The position numbers were made by a program, and so were the translations under genes. From NCBI RefSeq assembly GCF_036971445.1, contig NC_091480.1, forward strand, positions 12,958,001 through 13,022,000: a DNA stretch of 64,000 nt, read 5' to 3'. The notes under the pieces are model-generated. The model made no database searches. It was given only the letters and a program-made list of their open reading frames with translations, and was not told the origin of the DNA. Origin of the DNA: Narcine bancroftii. Its lineage: Eukaryota. Position 1 is the first letter of the stretch. Each line of letters opens with the position of its first letter. This document shows positions 1-12,227 of the stretch, piece by piece.

Positions 1-659
1 GCAGGAACGAGATCTGCACATTAAATATTAAAAGCCAATTCTCAATTACACTTAATTTTAGAAATAATGCACACTTATATAACTTTCTTCGTGGCTTTAG
101 GACATCCCAAATTGATTTTCCAGCCTTGAAGCGTTGTTGCCTAGAAACCCAAGCCCAGGGTTCTGTACCTGACTTCAGTGCAATGAATGAGGCAACTGCA
201 TAGCGTGTTCAGTGAGAGGAACTTGTAGATTAGTCTTGTCATAGCATATGAACTGCAAACTTGAAGGTCTTGTTCAGTAATTCTGAATTACTACAAGCAC
301 AGCACCTGCAGGCTTTCTTGCTTCACTCCCATGACTGTGTGGGTTTCCTCCGGGTGCTCCAGTTTCCTTCCATGTTCCAAAGACGTGCAGGGTTAATAGG
401 TAAATTGGTCACATGGCGGCATTCGCTCGTTGGACAGGAAGGGCTGTGATGGTGTTGCATCTTTCTAAAAATTAACAACCACACCCTGGGTAGGCTAAGG
501 GAAAAGAATAATCTGTCACTCTTGGCAATGCAATAAACAAGGTTTCTTGCAATGCTGATGGAGTGCTAAATATTATTCCAGACTTGCAGGCATCTCTGCT
601 GCTTTTTAATGCCCTGAGATCCGTTGTATCTGGGGTGTGGGTTTAACCACTCACCTCCA

Positions 660-772
660 GCGTTACAGCACTCACTCAGCCACTCAGTGAAGTGTACGCC
701 TAGATTTCAGTGAACAGATCTCTGAGAGGAAGCCACAGTTTCTGAATCAAGAGGCACTGAGCCCTGGCTGAA
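660..772 (-). mobile_element. Ancient Deu-type SINE relic (SacSINE1/AmnSINE-like)
   Basis: cagcactcactcag...gtgtacgcctagattt...cactgagcc..gctga resembles the reverse of the Deu-SINE head. Probable tail relics at ~65-170, 25005-25105 and 56170-56305. Recognised by eye and highly diverged. Confidence 0.4.
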
Positions 773-1599
773 ACACGAAGCGAGCTTTTTAAACAAACTA
801 CACAAATCAACTGGCTTGGCTTTTTTTTTTGACGTGAAAACCTCTCTCAGGAAATGAACAGCCTCCGCATTTTTACCTTTTACATTTAGCCACCCACTGA
901 AAATTTGTTTGACAGCACTACAGCTGAGGTTGCTTTACTCTCAACTAACTTACTGTCCATTAGAGAATGCCACCTTGACTATTATTAATTTGCATTTTGA
1001 AAGAAATGACTTCCCATTTTCCAGGAATCAGCAAACCCTTCTCTGTCTGCAGGAATTATCGATTATTTAATTCAATGACTGAATTCTGCTCATTTTGTTT
1101 CTCTGAAACCCAAGGCCTGGTTGTTATTTGTGGTAAATTTGCTTGAGCATTACTGAACGGGCCCTCCAAGTCTACTCTCATAAAACCTGACCATCCATCA
1201 AGGAACAACCAAATATCAGTGGCAAAGAAAATGTTGGAATCTTGGGTGAAAAATGTCAAGTCAAAACATCCTCGAGAAGAATCGCAGAATTGAAGAAGCA
1301 GCGAGATGATGTGAAAAATCAATGGAATTTCTTGAAGTAGAGCAGATAAGAGTGAACCGGTTTGTTTAAATTTCCAGAAGGTGCTTCCGAAGGGCCCAGA
1401 CAAATTGATCGACAAGGTTGGAGCACGTGGAATTGAGGATGATTTGGGCTGAGGCAGAAAGGAAAAAAGTAATGATTTTTCCCAGGTTGTGACCAGCGGG
1501 ATGAAACTCAGGACCCAGCTGTTCCCAATCACCAATAACAACCCGGCTGCAGACACCCAAGAAAGATCAGCCTTCATTGCCACATGTTCCAAAAATCGT

Positions 1600-2085
1600 C
1601 ATTTGCGGCAGCATGACGGTGCAAATATTGCTTAAAAAATTACATTCCAAAATAAATGAATAGTGCAAAAAAAAAGGAGAAAATAAGGAAGTGCCTTTGC
1701 TTCATTGCACACTCAGGAATCTGACGGCAGCGGGGAAGAAGCTATCCTTGTGCCACTGGGTGTTCATCTCCAGGATCCTGCACCTCCATCCTGATGGTAG
1801 CAGAGTAGCCATGGCCTGGGTAGCGGGGGTCCTTGAGGATAGAGACTGCTTTCCTAAGACACCGATGGTCTTGATGTAGTGGAGACTCATGCCCATGATG
1901 GTGCTGGCAGAGGTCATGACTCTGTTATATTTTCCTGCCCTGTCCGTGAGCACCTCCCTACCAGACAGTGACGGAACCAGTCAGAATGTTCTGCACGGTC
2001 CACCTGTAGAAGTTTTCTAGCATCTTCGGTGACTGTGCCGAATCTCCTCAAAGCTTCTCACAAAGCTGGTGAGCTTGTGCTTTCT
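1600..2085 (-). mobile_element. Rex1/Babar-like LINE 3' fragment
   Basis: LLPSGWRCR...KDSFFPAAVRFL is the characteristic C-terminus of this clade. Confidence 0.7.
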
Positions 2086-3054
2086 GCATTTACCGACATA
2101 CTGATGATGAAGGTGGGATTGTGTGCTGTGAGGAGGAAATAGAGAGGATTGAAGGTTGCAGGGACAAGTGAAGTGAGTGGGAAAATGGAAATATTTGAGG
2201 TCATCCATTTGGATGCACAAAAGAAAACAAGAAAAGTTTTCAACAGAGACAGACATGAGAAACTTGCTGTCCAGAGGACCTGGGTGTCTTTGTATACTGG
2301 TCACTGAAAATTGACAGGCAGATAGAACAAACAGTTGACACAAGTCAAGCCACTGCCTCACAGTGGCAGAGACCCGAGTTCAGCCCTGACCCATCGTCCA
2401 TTTTGCCCCTCAAAGTTAATGGCTACCTCCAGTTTCAGCAGAAGGAACATGAACTGCACTGCTAGCCATTCTGCCTTGTGGTCAGAAGCCTCTTGTTGCA
2501 CACGGCACAGAAATAACAATGTTCTCACCGTGTTGTGTAACAGGAGGTCAGCAGCTGTACCCTCGCCCCTGAGCCAGAAGTCCACAACATCTCCACTTCA
2601 TAATCTCGGCCAAAAATTCAGCAGGGCGCTATGTATTGGCACCATAGAGGTATGGTGAGATAGAACGTGGAAAATGGCCAGTCAGCCATCTGAATCGGAA
2701 CCTCCCATCAAATCACCCACTTACACCAATCTGCCGTCATTAATCCAATGTGTTATTCTTCCCACTCATCCAGAAGAAACCCAGAGAGTCATGGAGAGAG
2801 TGTGCAAATTTACATGAAGCACATATTTATTGTCTATTCAAATAATAAGACCTGATTGGAAGGAAATCCCCCCACGCCCCCAAACCATCCTAATGTGTAC
2901 ATTCTAGGCATTGATGGTCATTTTGGAACAAAAGAACATTTCGCCCTTTAAGCCTGTTCTATCATACTCTAACCAAGTTGACTCTTCTCTGGTAAGCTCT
3001 GTTTCTTGAGCTCTGCAGTTAGTACCACTAAACTTACTTGCTAATTCCTCCAGT

Positions 3055-3815
3055 ACACAGGGAGAGCAGCGGCGGCCCCGGTCCGGGCTGAGGGTAGGCG
3101 GCGGCGGCCCCAATCCGGGCAGGAGCAAGGGGGAGGCGGCGGCCCCGGCCTCGGTCGAGTGAGGCAGGTGGAGGCCCCGATCCAGGCAGAGAGTGGGAGG
3201 CGGCGGCCCCAGTCCGGGCACAGGGAGAGAGGCGGCGGCCCCAGTCCGGGCACAGGGAGAGCGGCGGCGGCCCCAGTCCGGGCACAGGGAGAGCGGCGGC
3301 GGCCCCAGTCCGGGCACAGGGAGAGCAGCGGCGGCCCCAGTCCGGGCACAGGGAGAGCAGCGGCGGCCCCGGCCCCGGTCCCGGTCCGGGCACAGGGAGA
3401 GCAGCGGCGGCCCCGGCCCCGGTCCGGGCACAGGGAGAGCAGCGGCGGCTCCGGCCCCGGTCTGGGCGAAGGGTAGGCGGCTGCGGCCCCGATCCGGGCA
3501 GGAGCAAGGGGGAGACGGCGGCCCCGATCCGGGCAGGAGCAAGGGGGAGACGGCGGCCCCGATCCGGGCAGGAGCAAGGGGGAGACGGCGGCCCCGATCC
3601 GGGCAGGAGCAAGGGGGAGACGGCGGCCCCGATCCGGGCAGGAGCAAGGGGGAGACGGCGGCCCCGATCCGGGCAGGAGCAAGGGGGAGACGGCGGCCCC
3701 GGCCTCGGTCGAGTGAGGCAGGCGGAGGCCCCGGTCCGGGCAGAGAGTGGGAGGAGGCAGCGGCCCAAGTCCGGGCACAGGGAGAGCTGCGGCGGCCTCG
3801 GCCCCGGTCCGGGCA
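3055..3815. repeat. GC-rich compound minisatellite (~29-33 nt units)
   Basis: Two interspersed unit types, ccgggcacagggagagcggcggcggccccagt and ccgggcaggagcaagggggagacggcggccccgat, plus a higher-order block repeated at ~3115-3200 and ~3670-3755. Confidence 0.92.
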
Positions 3816-3960
3816 GTATGGACCGACCTAGGAGGAGAGGCAGACCCCTCCAGCCCGGGTAAGAAACCTGCATAGGAGAAGGCCACTCCGATATAAAACC
3901 TATGACCCAAGGACCTCGCTGCCACGTCCCAGCTTGCTTGGCCACGGCACACGAACCATG

Positions 3961-4095
3961 GGTGTAAAGGGTGTAAAGGGTGTAAAGGGTGTAAAGGGTG
4001 TAAAGGGTGTAAAGGGTGTAAAGGGTGTAAAGGGTGTAAAGGGTGTAAAGGGTGTAAAGGGTGTAAAGGGTGTAAAGGGTGTAAAGGGTGTAAAG
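3961..4095. repeat. Perfect 9-nt tandem repeat (GGTGTAAAG)15
   Basis: 135 nt, 15 identical units directly after the ATG at 3958; encodes (GVK)15. Confidence 0.97.
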
Positions 4096-4161
4096 GGTGG
4101 GGCCAGTACTGCGCACACTGCACTCCACCTAAAAGTTCCTTTGCGCAGGCCCGAGGACAGG

Positions 4162-5735
4162 TCCACGTCCTCCCCCTCCACGTCCTCCCCCTCCACGTCC
4201 TCCCCCTCCACGTCCTCCCCCTCCACGTCCTCCCCCTCCACGTCCTCCCCCTCCACGTCCTCCCCCTCCACGTCCTCCCCCTCCACGTCCTCCCCCTCCA
4301 CGTCCTCCCCCTCCACGTCCTCCCCCTCCACGTCCTCCCCCTCCACGTCCTCCCCCTCCACGTCCTCCCCCTCCACGTCCTCCCCCTCCACGTCCTCCCC
4401 CTCCACGTCCTCCCCCTCCACGTCCTCCCCCTCCACGTCCTCCCCCTCCACGTCCTCCCCCTCCACGTCCTCCCCCTCCACGTCCTCCCCCTCCACGTCC
4501 TCCCCCTCCACGTCCTCCCCCTCCACGTCCTCCCCCTCCACGTCCTCCCCCTCCACGTCCTCCCCCTCCACGTCCTCCCCCTCCACGTCCTCCCCCTCCA
4601 CGTCCTCCCCCTCCACGTCCTCCCCCTCCACGTCCTCCCCCTCCACGTCCTCCCCCTCCACGTCCTCCCCCTCCACGTCCTCCCCCTCCACGTCCTCCCC
4701 CTCCACGTCCTCCCCCTCCACGTCCTCCCCCTCCACGTCCTCCCCCTCCACGTCCTCCCCCTCCACGTCCTCCCCCTCCACGTCCTCCCCCTCCACGTCC
4801 TCCCCCTCCACGTCCTCCCCCTCCACGTCCTCCCCCTCCACGTCCTCCCCCTCCACGTCCTCCCCCTCCACGTCCTCCCCCTCCACGTCCTCCCCCTCCA
4901 CGTCCTCCCCCTCCACGTCCTCCCCCTCCACGTCCTCCCCCTCCACGTCCTCCCCCTCCACGTCCTCCCCCTCCACGTCCTCCCCCTCCACGTCCTCCCC
5001 CTCCACGTCCTCCCCCTCCACGTCCTCCCCTCCACGTCCTCCCCCTCCACGTCCTCCCCCTCCACGTCCTCCCCCTCCACGTCCTCCCCCTCCACGTCCT
5101 CCCCCTCCACGTCCTCCCCCTCCACGTCCTCCCCCTCCACGTCCTCCCCCTCCACGTCCTCCCCCTCCACGTCCTCCCCCTCCACGTCCTCCCCCTCCAC
5201 GTCCTCCCCCTCCACGTCCTCCCCCTCCACGTCCTCCCCCTCCACGTCCTCCCCCTCCACGTCCTCCCCCTCCACGTCCTCCCCCTCCACGTCCTCCCCC
5301 TCCACGTCCTCCCCCTCCACGTCCTCCCCCTCCACGTCCTCCCCCTCCACGTCCTCCCCCTCCACGTCCTCCCCCTCCACGTCCTCCCCCTCCACGTCCT
5401 CCCCCTCCACGTCCTCCCCCTCCACGTCCTCCCCCTCCACGTCCTCCCCCTCCACGTCCTCCCCCTCCACGTCCTCCCCCTCCACGTCCTCCCCCTCCAC
5501 GTCCTCCCCCTCCACGTCCTCCCCCTCCACGTCCTCCCCCTCCACGTCCTCCCCCTCCACGTCCTCCCCCTCCACGTCCTCCCCCTCCACGTCCTCCCCC
5601 TCCACGTCCTCCCCCTCCACGTCCTCCCCCTCCACGTCCTCCCCCTCCACGTCCTCCCCCTCCACGTCCTCCCCCTCCACGTCCTCCCCCTCCACGTCCT
5701 CCCCCTCCACGTCCTCCCCCTCCACGTCCTCCCCC
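4162..5735. repeat. Near-perfect 15-nt tandem repeat (TCCACGTCCTCCCCC)105
   Basis: 1574 nt = 105 units minus one C (unit at ~5027-5030 has C4 instead of C5). No substitutions seen. Encodes (STSSP)n in the RTE frame. Confidence 0.97.
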
Positions 5736-8700
5736 TCAAAAGATGCTCACAAACTCAAGCTAGCATGCTGGAACATCAGAACCATGCTAGACAAGGCTGA
5801 CAGCCACCGACCTGAACGTCGGTCTGCCCTCATTGCACATGAACTCCTCAGACTTGACATCGACATAGCCGCTCTCAGTGAAGTCCGCCTGGCAGATGTA
5901 GGCAGAATCCAAGAACGCGGCGCGGGCTACACACTCTACTGGTCTGGCAAGCCTTCGGATGAACGACGCCTATCTGGTGTAGGCTTCATGGTCAAGAACT
6001 CCATTGCCTCCAAACTCGAAAACCTCCCGACAGGCCACTTGGACCGGATCACGTCCATGCAACTCCTCCTTCAAAACAAGCGTCACATCACCCTCATCAG
6101 TGTCTATGCTCCAACCCTCCAGGCGGAACCAGCAGAAAAGGAGAAGTTCTACACTGTCCTGCGCAACCTCATCCAACGCACCCCTACAGCCGACAAGGTT
6201 GTCATCCTTGGCGACTTCAACGCTCGCGTCGGCAAAGACTCAGAAACCTGCCAGGAATCCTGGGCAAGCATGGCGTCGGCAAGTGCAACGACAATGGGCG
6301 CCTCCTGTTGGAGCTCTGCGCAGAACAGCGGCTTGTCATTACAAACACCCTTTTTCAGCAGAGGGACAGCCTTAAGACCACCTGGATGCATCCCCGATCC
6401 AAACACTGGCACCTCCTGAACTACATCCTGGTGCGAGAAAGAGACAAACGAGATGTGCTCCACACCAGGGTCATGCCAAGCGCGGAATGCCACACTGACC
6501 ACCGGCTGGTTCGCTGCAAGCTCAACCTTCACTTCAAGCCAAAGCCCAGGAACAGTAAAGCCCCCAGAAAGAGGTTCAATGTTGGAAACCTGCAGTCAGA
6601 CGAAGCGAGAGGAAACTTCCAGGCAAACCTCAAAGCAAAGCTCGACGATGCAATCCGCCTCACAGACCCGTCCCCTGAAACCCTCTGGGATCAGTTGAAG
6701 ACTACCATACTGCAATCCACTGAAGAGGTACTGGGCTTCTCCTCCAGGAAAAACAAGGACTGGTTCGATGAAAACAGCCAGGAAATCCAGGAGCTGCTGG
6801 CAAAGAAGAGAGCTGCCCACCAGGCTCACCTTACAAAGCCGTCCTGTCCAGAGAAGAAACAAGCCTTCCGTCGCGCATGCAGCCATCTTCAGCGCAAACT
6901 CCGGGAGATCCAAAATGAGTGGTGGACTAGCCTCGCCAAACGAACCCAGCTCAGCGCGGACATTGGCGACTTCAGGGGTTTCTACGAGGCTCTAAAGGCT
7001 GTGTACGGCCCCTCACCCCAAGTCCAAAGCCCGCTGCGCAGCTCAGACGGCAAAGTCCTCCTCAGCGACAAGATCTCCATCCTCAACCGATGGTCAGAAC
7101 ACTTCCAATCTCTTTTCAGTGCCAACCGTTCAGTCCAAGATTCCGCCCTGCTCCAGCTCCCTCAACAGCCCCTAAGGCTAGAGCTGGATGAGGTCCTCAC
7201 CCAGGATGAGACATATAAGGCAATCGAACAACTGAAAAGTGGCAAAGCAGCAGGTATGGATGGAATCCCCCCAGAGGTCTGGAAGGCTGGCGGAAAAACT
7301 CTGCATGCCAAACTGCATGAGTTTTTCAAGCTTTGTTGGGACCAAGGAAAACTGCCTCAGGACCTTCATGATGCCACCATCATCACCCTGTACAAAAAAA
7401 AAGGCGAGAAATCAGACTGCTCAAACTACAGGGGAATCACGCTGCTCTCCATTGCAGGCAAAATCTTCGCTAGGATTCTCCTAAATAGAATAATACCTAG
7501 TGTCGCCAAGAATATTCTCCCAGAATCACAGTGCGGCTTTCGCGCAAACAGAGGAACTACTGACATGGTCTTTGCCCTCAGACAGCTCCAAGAAAAGTGC
7601 AGAGAGCAAAACAAAGGACTCTACATCACCTTTGTTGACCTCACCAAAGCCTTCGACACCGTGAGCAGGAAAGGGCTTTGGCAAATACTAGAGCGCATCG
7701 GAAGCCCCCCAAAGTTCCTCAACATGATTATCCAACTGCACGAAAACCAACAAGGTCGGGTCAGATACAGCAATGAGCTCTCTGAACCCTTCTCCATTAA
7801 CAATGGCGTGAAGCAAGGCTGCGTTCTCGCACCAACCCTCTTTTCAATCTTCTTCAGCATGATGCTGAAACAAGCCATGAAAGACCTCAACAATGAAGAC
7901 GCTGTTTACATCCGGTATCGCACTGCAAGCTCACACCAAGACACAAGAGAAACTTGTGCGTGAACTACTCTTTGCAGACGATGCCGCTTTAGTTGCCAAT
8001 TCAGAGCCAGCTCTTCAGCGCTTGTCGTCCTGTTTTGCGGAAACTGCCAAAATGTTTGGCCTGGAAGTCAGCCTGAAGAAAACTGAGGTCCTCCATCAGC
8101 CAGCTCCCCACCATGACTACCAGCCCCCCCCCACATCTCCATCGGGCACACAAAACTCAAAACGGTCAACCAGTTTACCTATCTCGGCTGCACCATTTCA
8201 TCAGATGCAAGGATCGACAATGAGATAGACAACAGACTCGCCAAGGCAAATAGCGCCTTTGGAAGACTACACAAAAGAGTCTGGAAAAACAACCAACTGA
8301 AAAACCTCACAAAGATAAGCGTATACAGAGCCGTTGTCATACCCACACTCCTGTTCGGCTCCGAATCATGGGTCCTCTACCGGCATCACCTACGGCTCCT
8401 AGAACGCTTCCACCAGTGTTGTCTCCGCTCCATCCTCAACATTCATTGGAGCGCTTTCATCCCTAACGTCGAAGTACTCGAGATGGCAGAGGTCGACAGC
8501 ATCGAGTCCACGCTGCTGAAGATCTAGCAGCGCTGGGTGGGTCACGTCTCCAGAATGGAGGACCATCGCCTTCCCAAGATCGTGTTATATGGCGAGCTCT
8601 CCATTGGCCACCGTGACAGAGGTGCACCAAAGAAGAGGTACAAGGACTGCCTAAAGAAATCTCTTGGTGCCTGCCCCATTGACCACCGCCAGTGGGCTGA

Positions 8701-9354
8701 TATCGCCTCAAACCGTGCATCTTGGCGCCTCAGTTTGGCGGGCAGCAACCTCTTTTGAAGAAGACCGCAGAGCCCACCTCACTGACAAAAGGCAAAGGAG
8801 GAAAAACCCAACACCCAACCAACCAATTTTCCCCTGCAACCGCTGCAACCGTGTCTGCCTGTCCCGCATCGGACTTGTCAGGCACAAACGAGCCTGCAGC
8901 TGACGTGGACATTTACCCCCTCCATAAATCTTCGTCCGCGAAGCCAAGCCAAGGAAAAAATCATACTCTAGCTTCATATTTTTGCCAAGACGATAATACC
9001 TTCAATTATCAAAATTAATCTCAGATTTAAAAAGGTAGGCGTTTTGCACATGGAACTTGGAGAGAATTCCAAATTTCTACCAGACTTGTAGTGTCTGTTC
9101 ATTTCCCATCTTCCCTAATCAATGAAGGTAATAAGAGAAAATAGATATTTTTAAAATTTAGACATACAGCAGTAACAGGCCTTTCTTCCACGAATTTGAA
9201 CAGCGGGAGAAAACTGAAGCACACGGAGGAAACCCACACAGCCAACAAGAGATTGTACCAACTCCTTGCAGAGAATAGTGGATTTGAGCCCAGGTGGGTG
9301 GCACTGTGACAGCGTTGCGCTAACCGTGCCGCCCAACACTTTCTCAGTTCACGC

Positions 9355-10051
9355 TGTGAGAGATGAGTAAAACTGATATAAATATATGAACATGAGGAAA
9401 CTAATATAGATATTTGGGTAAATGAATAAAGCCAGTATGAACAGGATAAGAAATGGATATTAGAATGTCGGAAGCAGAGTCAGTCTGAGTAAGATAAGAA
9501 TCTTCTAGACAGAATCTGCAAGTTCACCATATGAATGAGATAAGGAGAGACAATAGATAATAGAATGTAGGAAGTGTAGTCTGAATAAGATAAGGGTCTT
9601 CTAGCCCTAGATAGAATTAGCAGATTTTGGTTTGTATATGTAATTAGTAAGCCCTAGACAGTATTAGCAAGTTCTACATATGAAGAGGTTGTAGCCCTGA
9701 GAGTTGGGAAGGTGTGAATTAGAACAAAGACAGGGTTGTGAATAGGGACAATGAGAATAATGACATGATGAGACACCGGCAGGATACCCCCTGGTCCTCC
9801 AAGTTCACAAGAAACAGCAAGTAGGCAGGCAGGATTACCTAATGCCAAACCTATCCAGGAGGCAGAAGAATGTAAGGGGGAGGGTATTCCTAGACTGAAA
9901 GAAACTGTATAAAAGTTGGGTGAGCCCCAGTGTATGTGTGTATTCCCAGGGTAAGGGGAAGCACCCAACTTTGCATTGTTGAATAATAAATGTTCTTTGT
10001 TCTCAATTTTTGTCTGGAGCAAATTCTGTGAAGGTACTTCTGTTTCTAACA
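9355..10051 (+). mobile_element. Solo LTR (697 bp)
   Basis: TG...CA ends; 4-bp TSD acgc at 9351-9354 and 10052-10055; TATAAAA ~9908 and AATAAA ~9985; internal direct repeats in the U3-like part. Confidence 0.85.
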
Positions 10052-10699
10052 ACGCCATGTTTCGCAAATGCAACCTCTGCTTCCTAATGGTCTCCTTCAA
10101 GTTGCTGTTGTTACACTGACTCCACCACTCGGAGGCTCCATCTCCAATCCACCTGGAACATGCAAGAGGCTCTCATTTGCCCACAAGCTTCATAATCTTT
10201 AGATGCTGCCAGGACATGTCACCTGGGTTTACTGCCACTCTCTCAGGAACAAGCTGGTCCTTCACACCTGACTGAAGAGGAGAGCCTGTGTTGGACAATG
10301 AGGAAACTCAGCCAGCGGATCGTAAGGACACAAACAAAATCATTCTGGCAGCTTGCTGTCATTTAAGGCTGGAAAAAGGCATTGGAACAATTTGTCTCTG
10401 TCAAAAACACTTGAAAAACTCTGAAAATAGATATAAATGAATTAGATTCAACCCAGAACTTCACTATAGTAGGAGTGTCTAAAACCAGACAGAATAGATT
10501 GAAGGTTAGAGGAAGAAGGTGCAAATTTTTCCCCACACAAAGAGAGTTGGTATCTGAAAATGTGTTGCCAGATAGAGTGGAGGCAGAAACAGTAACAATA
10601 TTTAAGAGGCATCCGGTCAGGTACATTAATGAGAAAGGCAGAGAGGAACATGGAATTAATGCAGGCAAGTGGGGTTAGTAGGAGCGACAACAACCTCAC

Positions 10700-12225
10700 G
10701 CACGATGTCACCAAGACTTCAGGAAAGGAAAACCAGAGGCGTACGATCCAGTGATCACTGGGGGATCAGAGGTGGAGAGGATGAGCAAATTATGTTCTTG
10801 GGAGTCACTATCTCGAAGGATCTTTCCTGGACCCAACACATGGATGTCATCGTGAAGAGAGCCCGTCGGGGCCTCTACTCCCTCGTAGGTTCAGTACGAT
10901 ATCAAAAACCTTGGCAGACTTTGACAGATGTGCAGAGGAAAGCATACTAACTAGCGGTATCACCGCCTTGCATGTACACACTAATACCTCTGAACGGAAA
11001 GCCCTGCAAAAGGTAGTGGACATAGCCCAGTACATCACAGGCAAAACTCTCGAGAAAATCTACATGGAATGCTGCTGTCAGAGAGCACTGGCAATCATCA
11101 AATATCTACACCACCCGGGCTTACACAAGTCGAGGGACTTAGGCACAACAATCCATGAGCGGTGCTGGGCATACTGGTGTCTGGGCAGCAGGACAGCAGT
11201 TAATAATGCCAGGTACAGATTGGTGCAATACAATTTCCCGCATCAACTTATCTCATACCACAAAAATCACATAAATCTAAATCAGAAATGTGCTTTAGGT
11301 GTGTCGTGGAGTTTGGAACCTTTATCCATTCAACCTGTCAGTTTACAAAGGTGAGATCTTTCTGGGAGGACCTGGGGAACAGTCTGGGGAAAAAAAAATG
11401 ACAAAGGCAGATTTTCCCACAGGATCTGGAATTCTACCTTCTGGGAAACATTATGGCCGCGATACCAAATTCAGTTTGCGAAGGTCGCCTTGTCGGTAGC
11501 CAGGAAGTGTGTAGCGGTCATGTGGAAGTCCGACTCCCAACTAAACATTACATGATGGAATACGGAAATGCAGAGTTGTATTCCCCTGGAGAAAACCACG
11601 TACAATTAAAGGAAGAAATTTGTTAGGGTGTGGCAGCTCTCTCTGCAACATATTGGTCCGCAGATATAATTCCACCCCTTCCGATTAAAGGAAATGCAAC
11701 AATCTATGCCCATAGTGGAATGATCGAGATCAGTGAAGTGGGTTTGGAGCAGATGTTGTGCTCTTGTATTTTGTTCCTTATCTTTTATAGTTTAGGTTTC
11801 ATTGGGTTTTTCTCAAGTTCCCTTAAGGGTTTGTGACTTTACTGATACTTGGTTCTTTGTATTTAATTTATATAATCATTTCTTTATTGTATTCGGGCAT
11901 GGGAGGGAGGGGAGAGGGGTGGAGAAAAATAGACTACTGTTTGGATTTGTATGAGTCTTTTGAAATCAAAAATCAAATATTTTTAAAATAGCATCCACAC
12001 CACCCAGCACACGCTCTGTTCTCGCTGCTGCCATCAGCAAAGAGGTGCAGGTGCCACAAGACCCACCCCACCAGGTTCAGGAACAGCTGCTCCCCCTCCA
12101 CCATCACATCCCTTGACAACAAACTCAATCAGGGGCTCATTTAAGGACTCTCACTTTGCACATCATTTATTTATTGAATTTTTTTCTATTTCAGTTTGTT
12201 TACATTTATTTTTCTCTCTTTTGTG
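10700..12225 (+). mobile_element. Rex1/Babar-like LINE fragment interrupted by L1 (11117-11992)
   Basis: FLGVTISKDLSWTQH, ESILTSGIT, RKALQKVV; resumes after the L1 with HPAHALFSLLPS. Confidence 0.75.
11117..11992 (+). mobile_element. 5'-truncated L1-clade fragment nested in a Rex1-like LINE
   Basis: Decayed ORF2 end (CFRC...GTFIH...FW; VARKCVAVMWKS...PLEK) and A-rich tail; TSD atctacaccaccc (11104-11116) / atccacaccaccc (11993-12005). Confidence 0.72.
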
Positions 12226-12227
12226 TA

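Larger units (their letters stand above)
3958..8903 (+). pseudogene. Disrupted RTE endonuclease/reverse transcriptase ORF
   Basis: ORF-track pieces 3934-5763, 5784-6419, 6308-7963, 7893-8228, 8537-8758 and 8664-8903 join into one protein. Lesions: 1-nt loss in the array (~5030), frameshift ~6250, deletion ~7923, C-run frameshift ~8130, TAG at 8525-8527, 2-nt loss ~8731. Confidence 0.88.
2972..8959 (+). mobile_element. RTE-clade non-LTR retrotransposon, near full length, with extra 5' sequence
   Basis: APE endonuclease motifs (WNIRT, ALSEVR, SVYAPT, LGDFNARVG, TDHRLV). RT motifs (NYRGITLL, QCGFR, FVDLTKAFD, GVKQGC, LFADD). C-terminal CxxC...H...C motif. 3' end gaagccaagccaaggaaaaa. 11-bp direct repeat atcatactcta at 2961-2971 and 8960-8970 interpreted as the TSD. 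Confidence 0.93.

Noticed and set aside
1056-1592. 178-aa minus-strand ORF as a host exon
   Set aside because: No recognisable domain, no similarity to PITPNC1 exon 2 and no convincing splice context.
3810-3960. HDV-like ribozyme at the RTE 5' end (known in some RTEs)
   Set aside because: I could not identify the nested double-pseudoknot pairings by eye, and the true 5' end may be missing.
3961-4095. Interstitial telomere
   Set aside because: The unit is GGTGTAAAG, not TTAGGG, and it sits within RTE sequence.
3055-5735. CRISPR-like array
   Set aside because: The units are contiguous with no unique spacers, there are no cas genes, and the context is eukaryotic.
2904-5763. Very long ORFs in several frames (894, 609, 536, 373, 364 aa) resembling RGG, acidic or proline-rich proteins
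   Set aside because: They arise from stop-free tandem repeats. Only the plus frame from 3958 has independent support, through its continuity with the RTE endonuclease.
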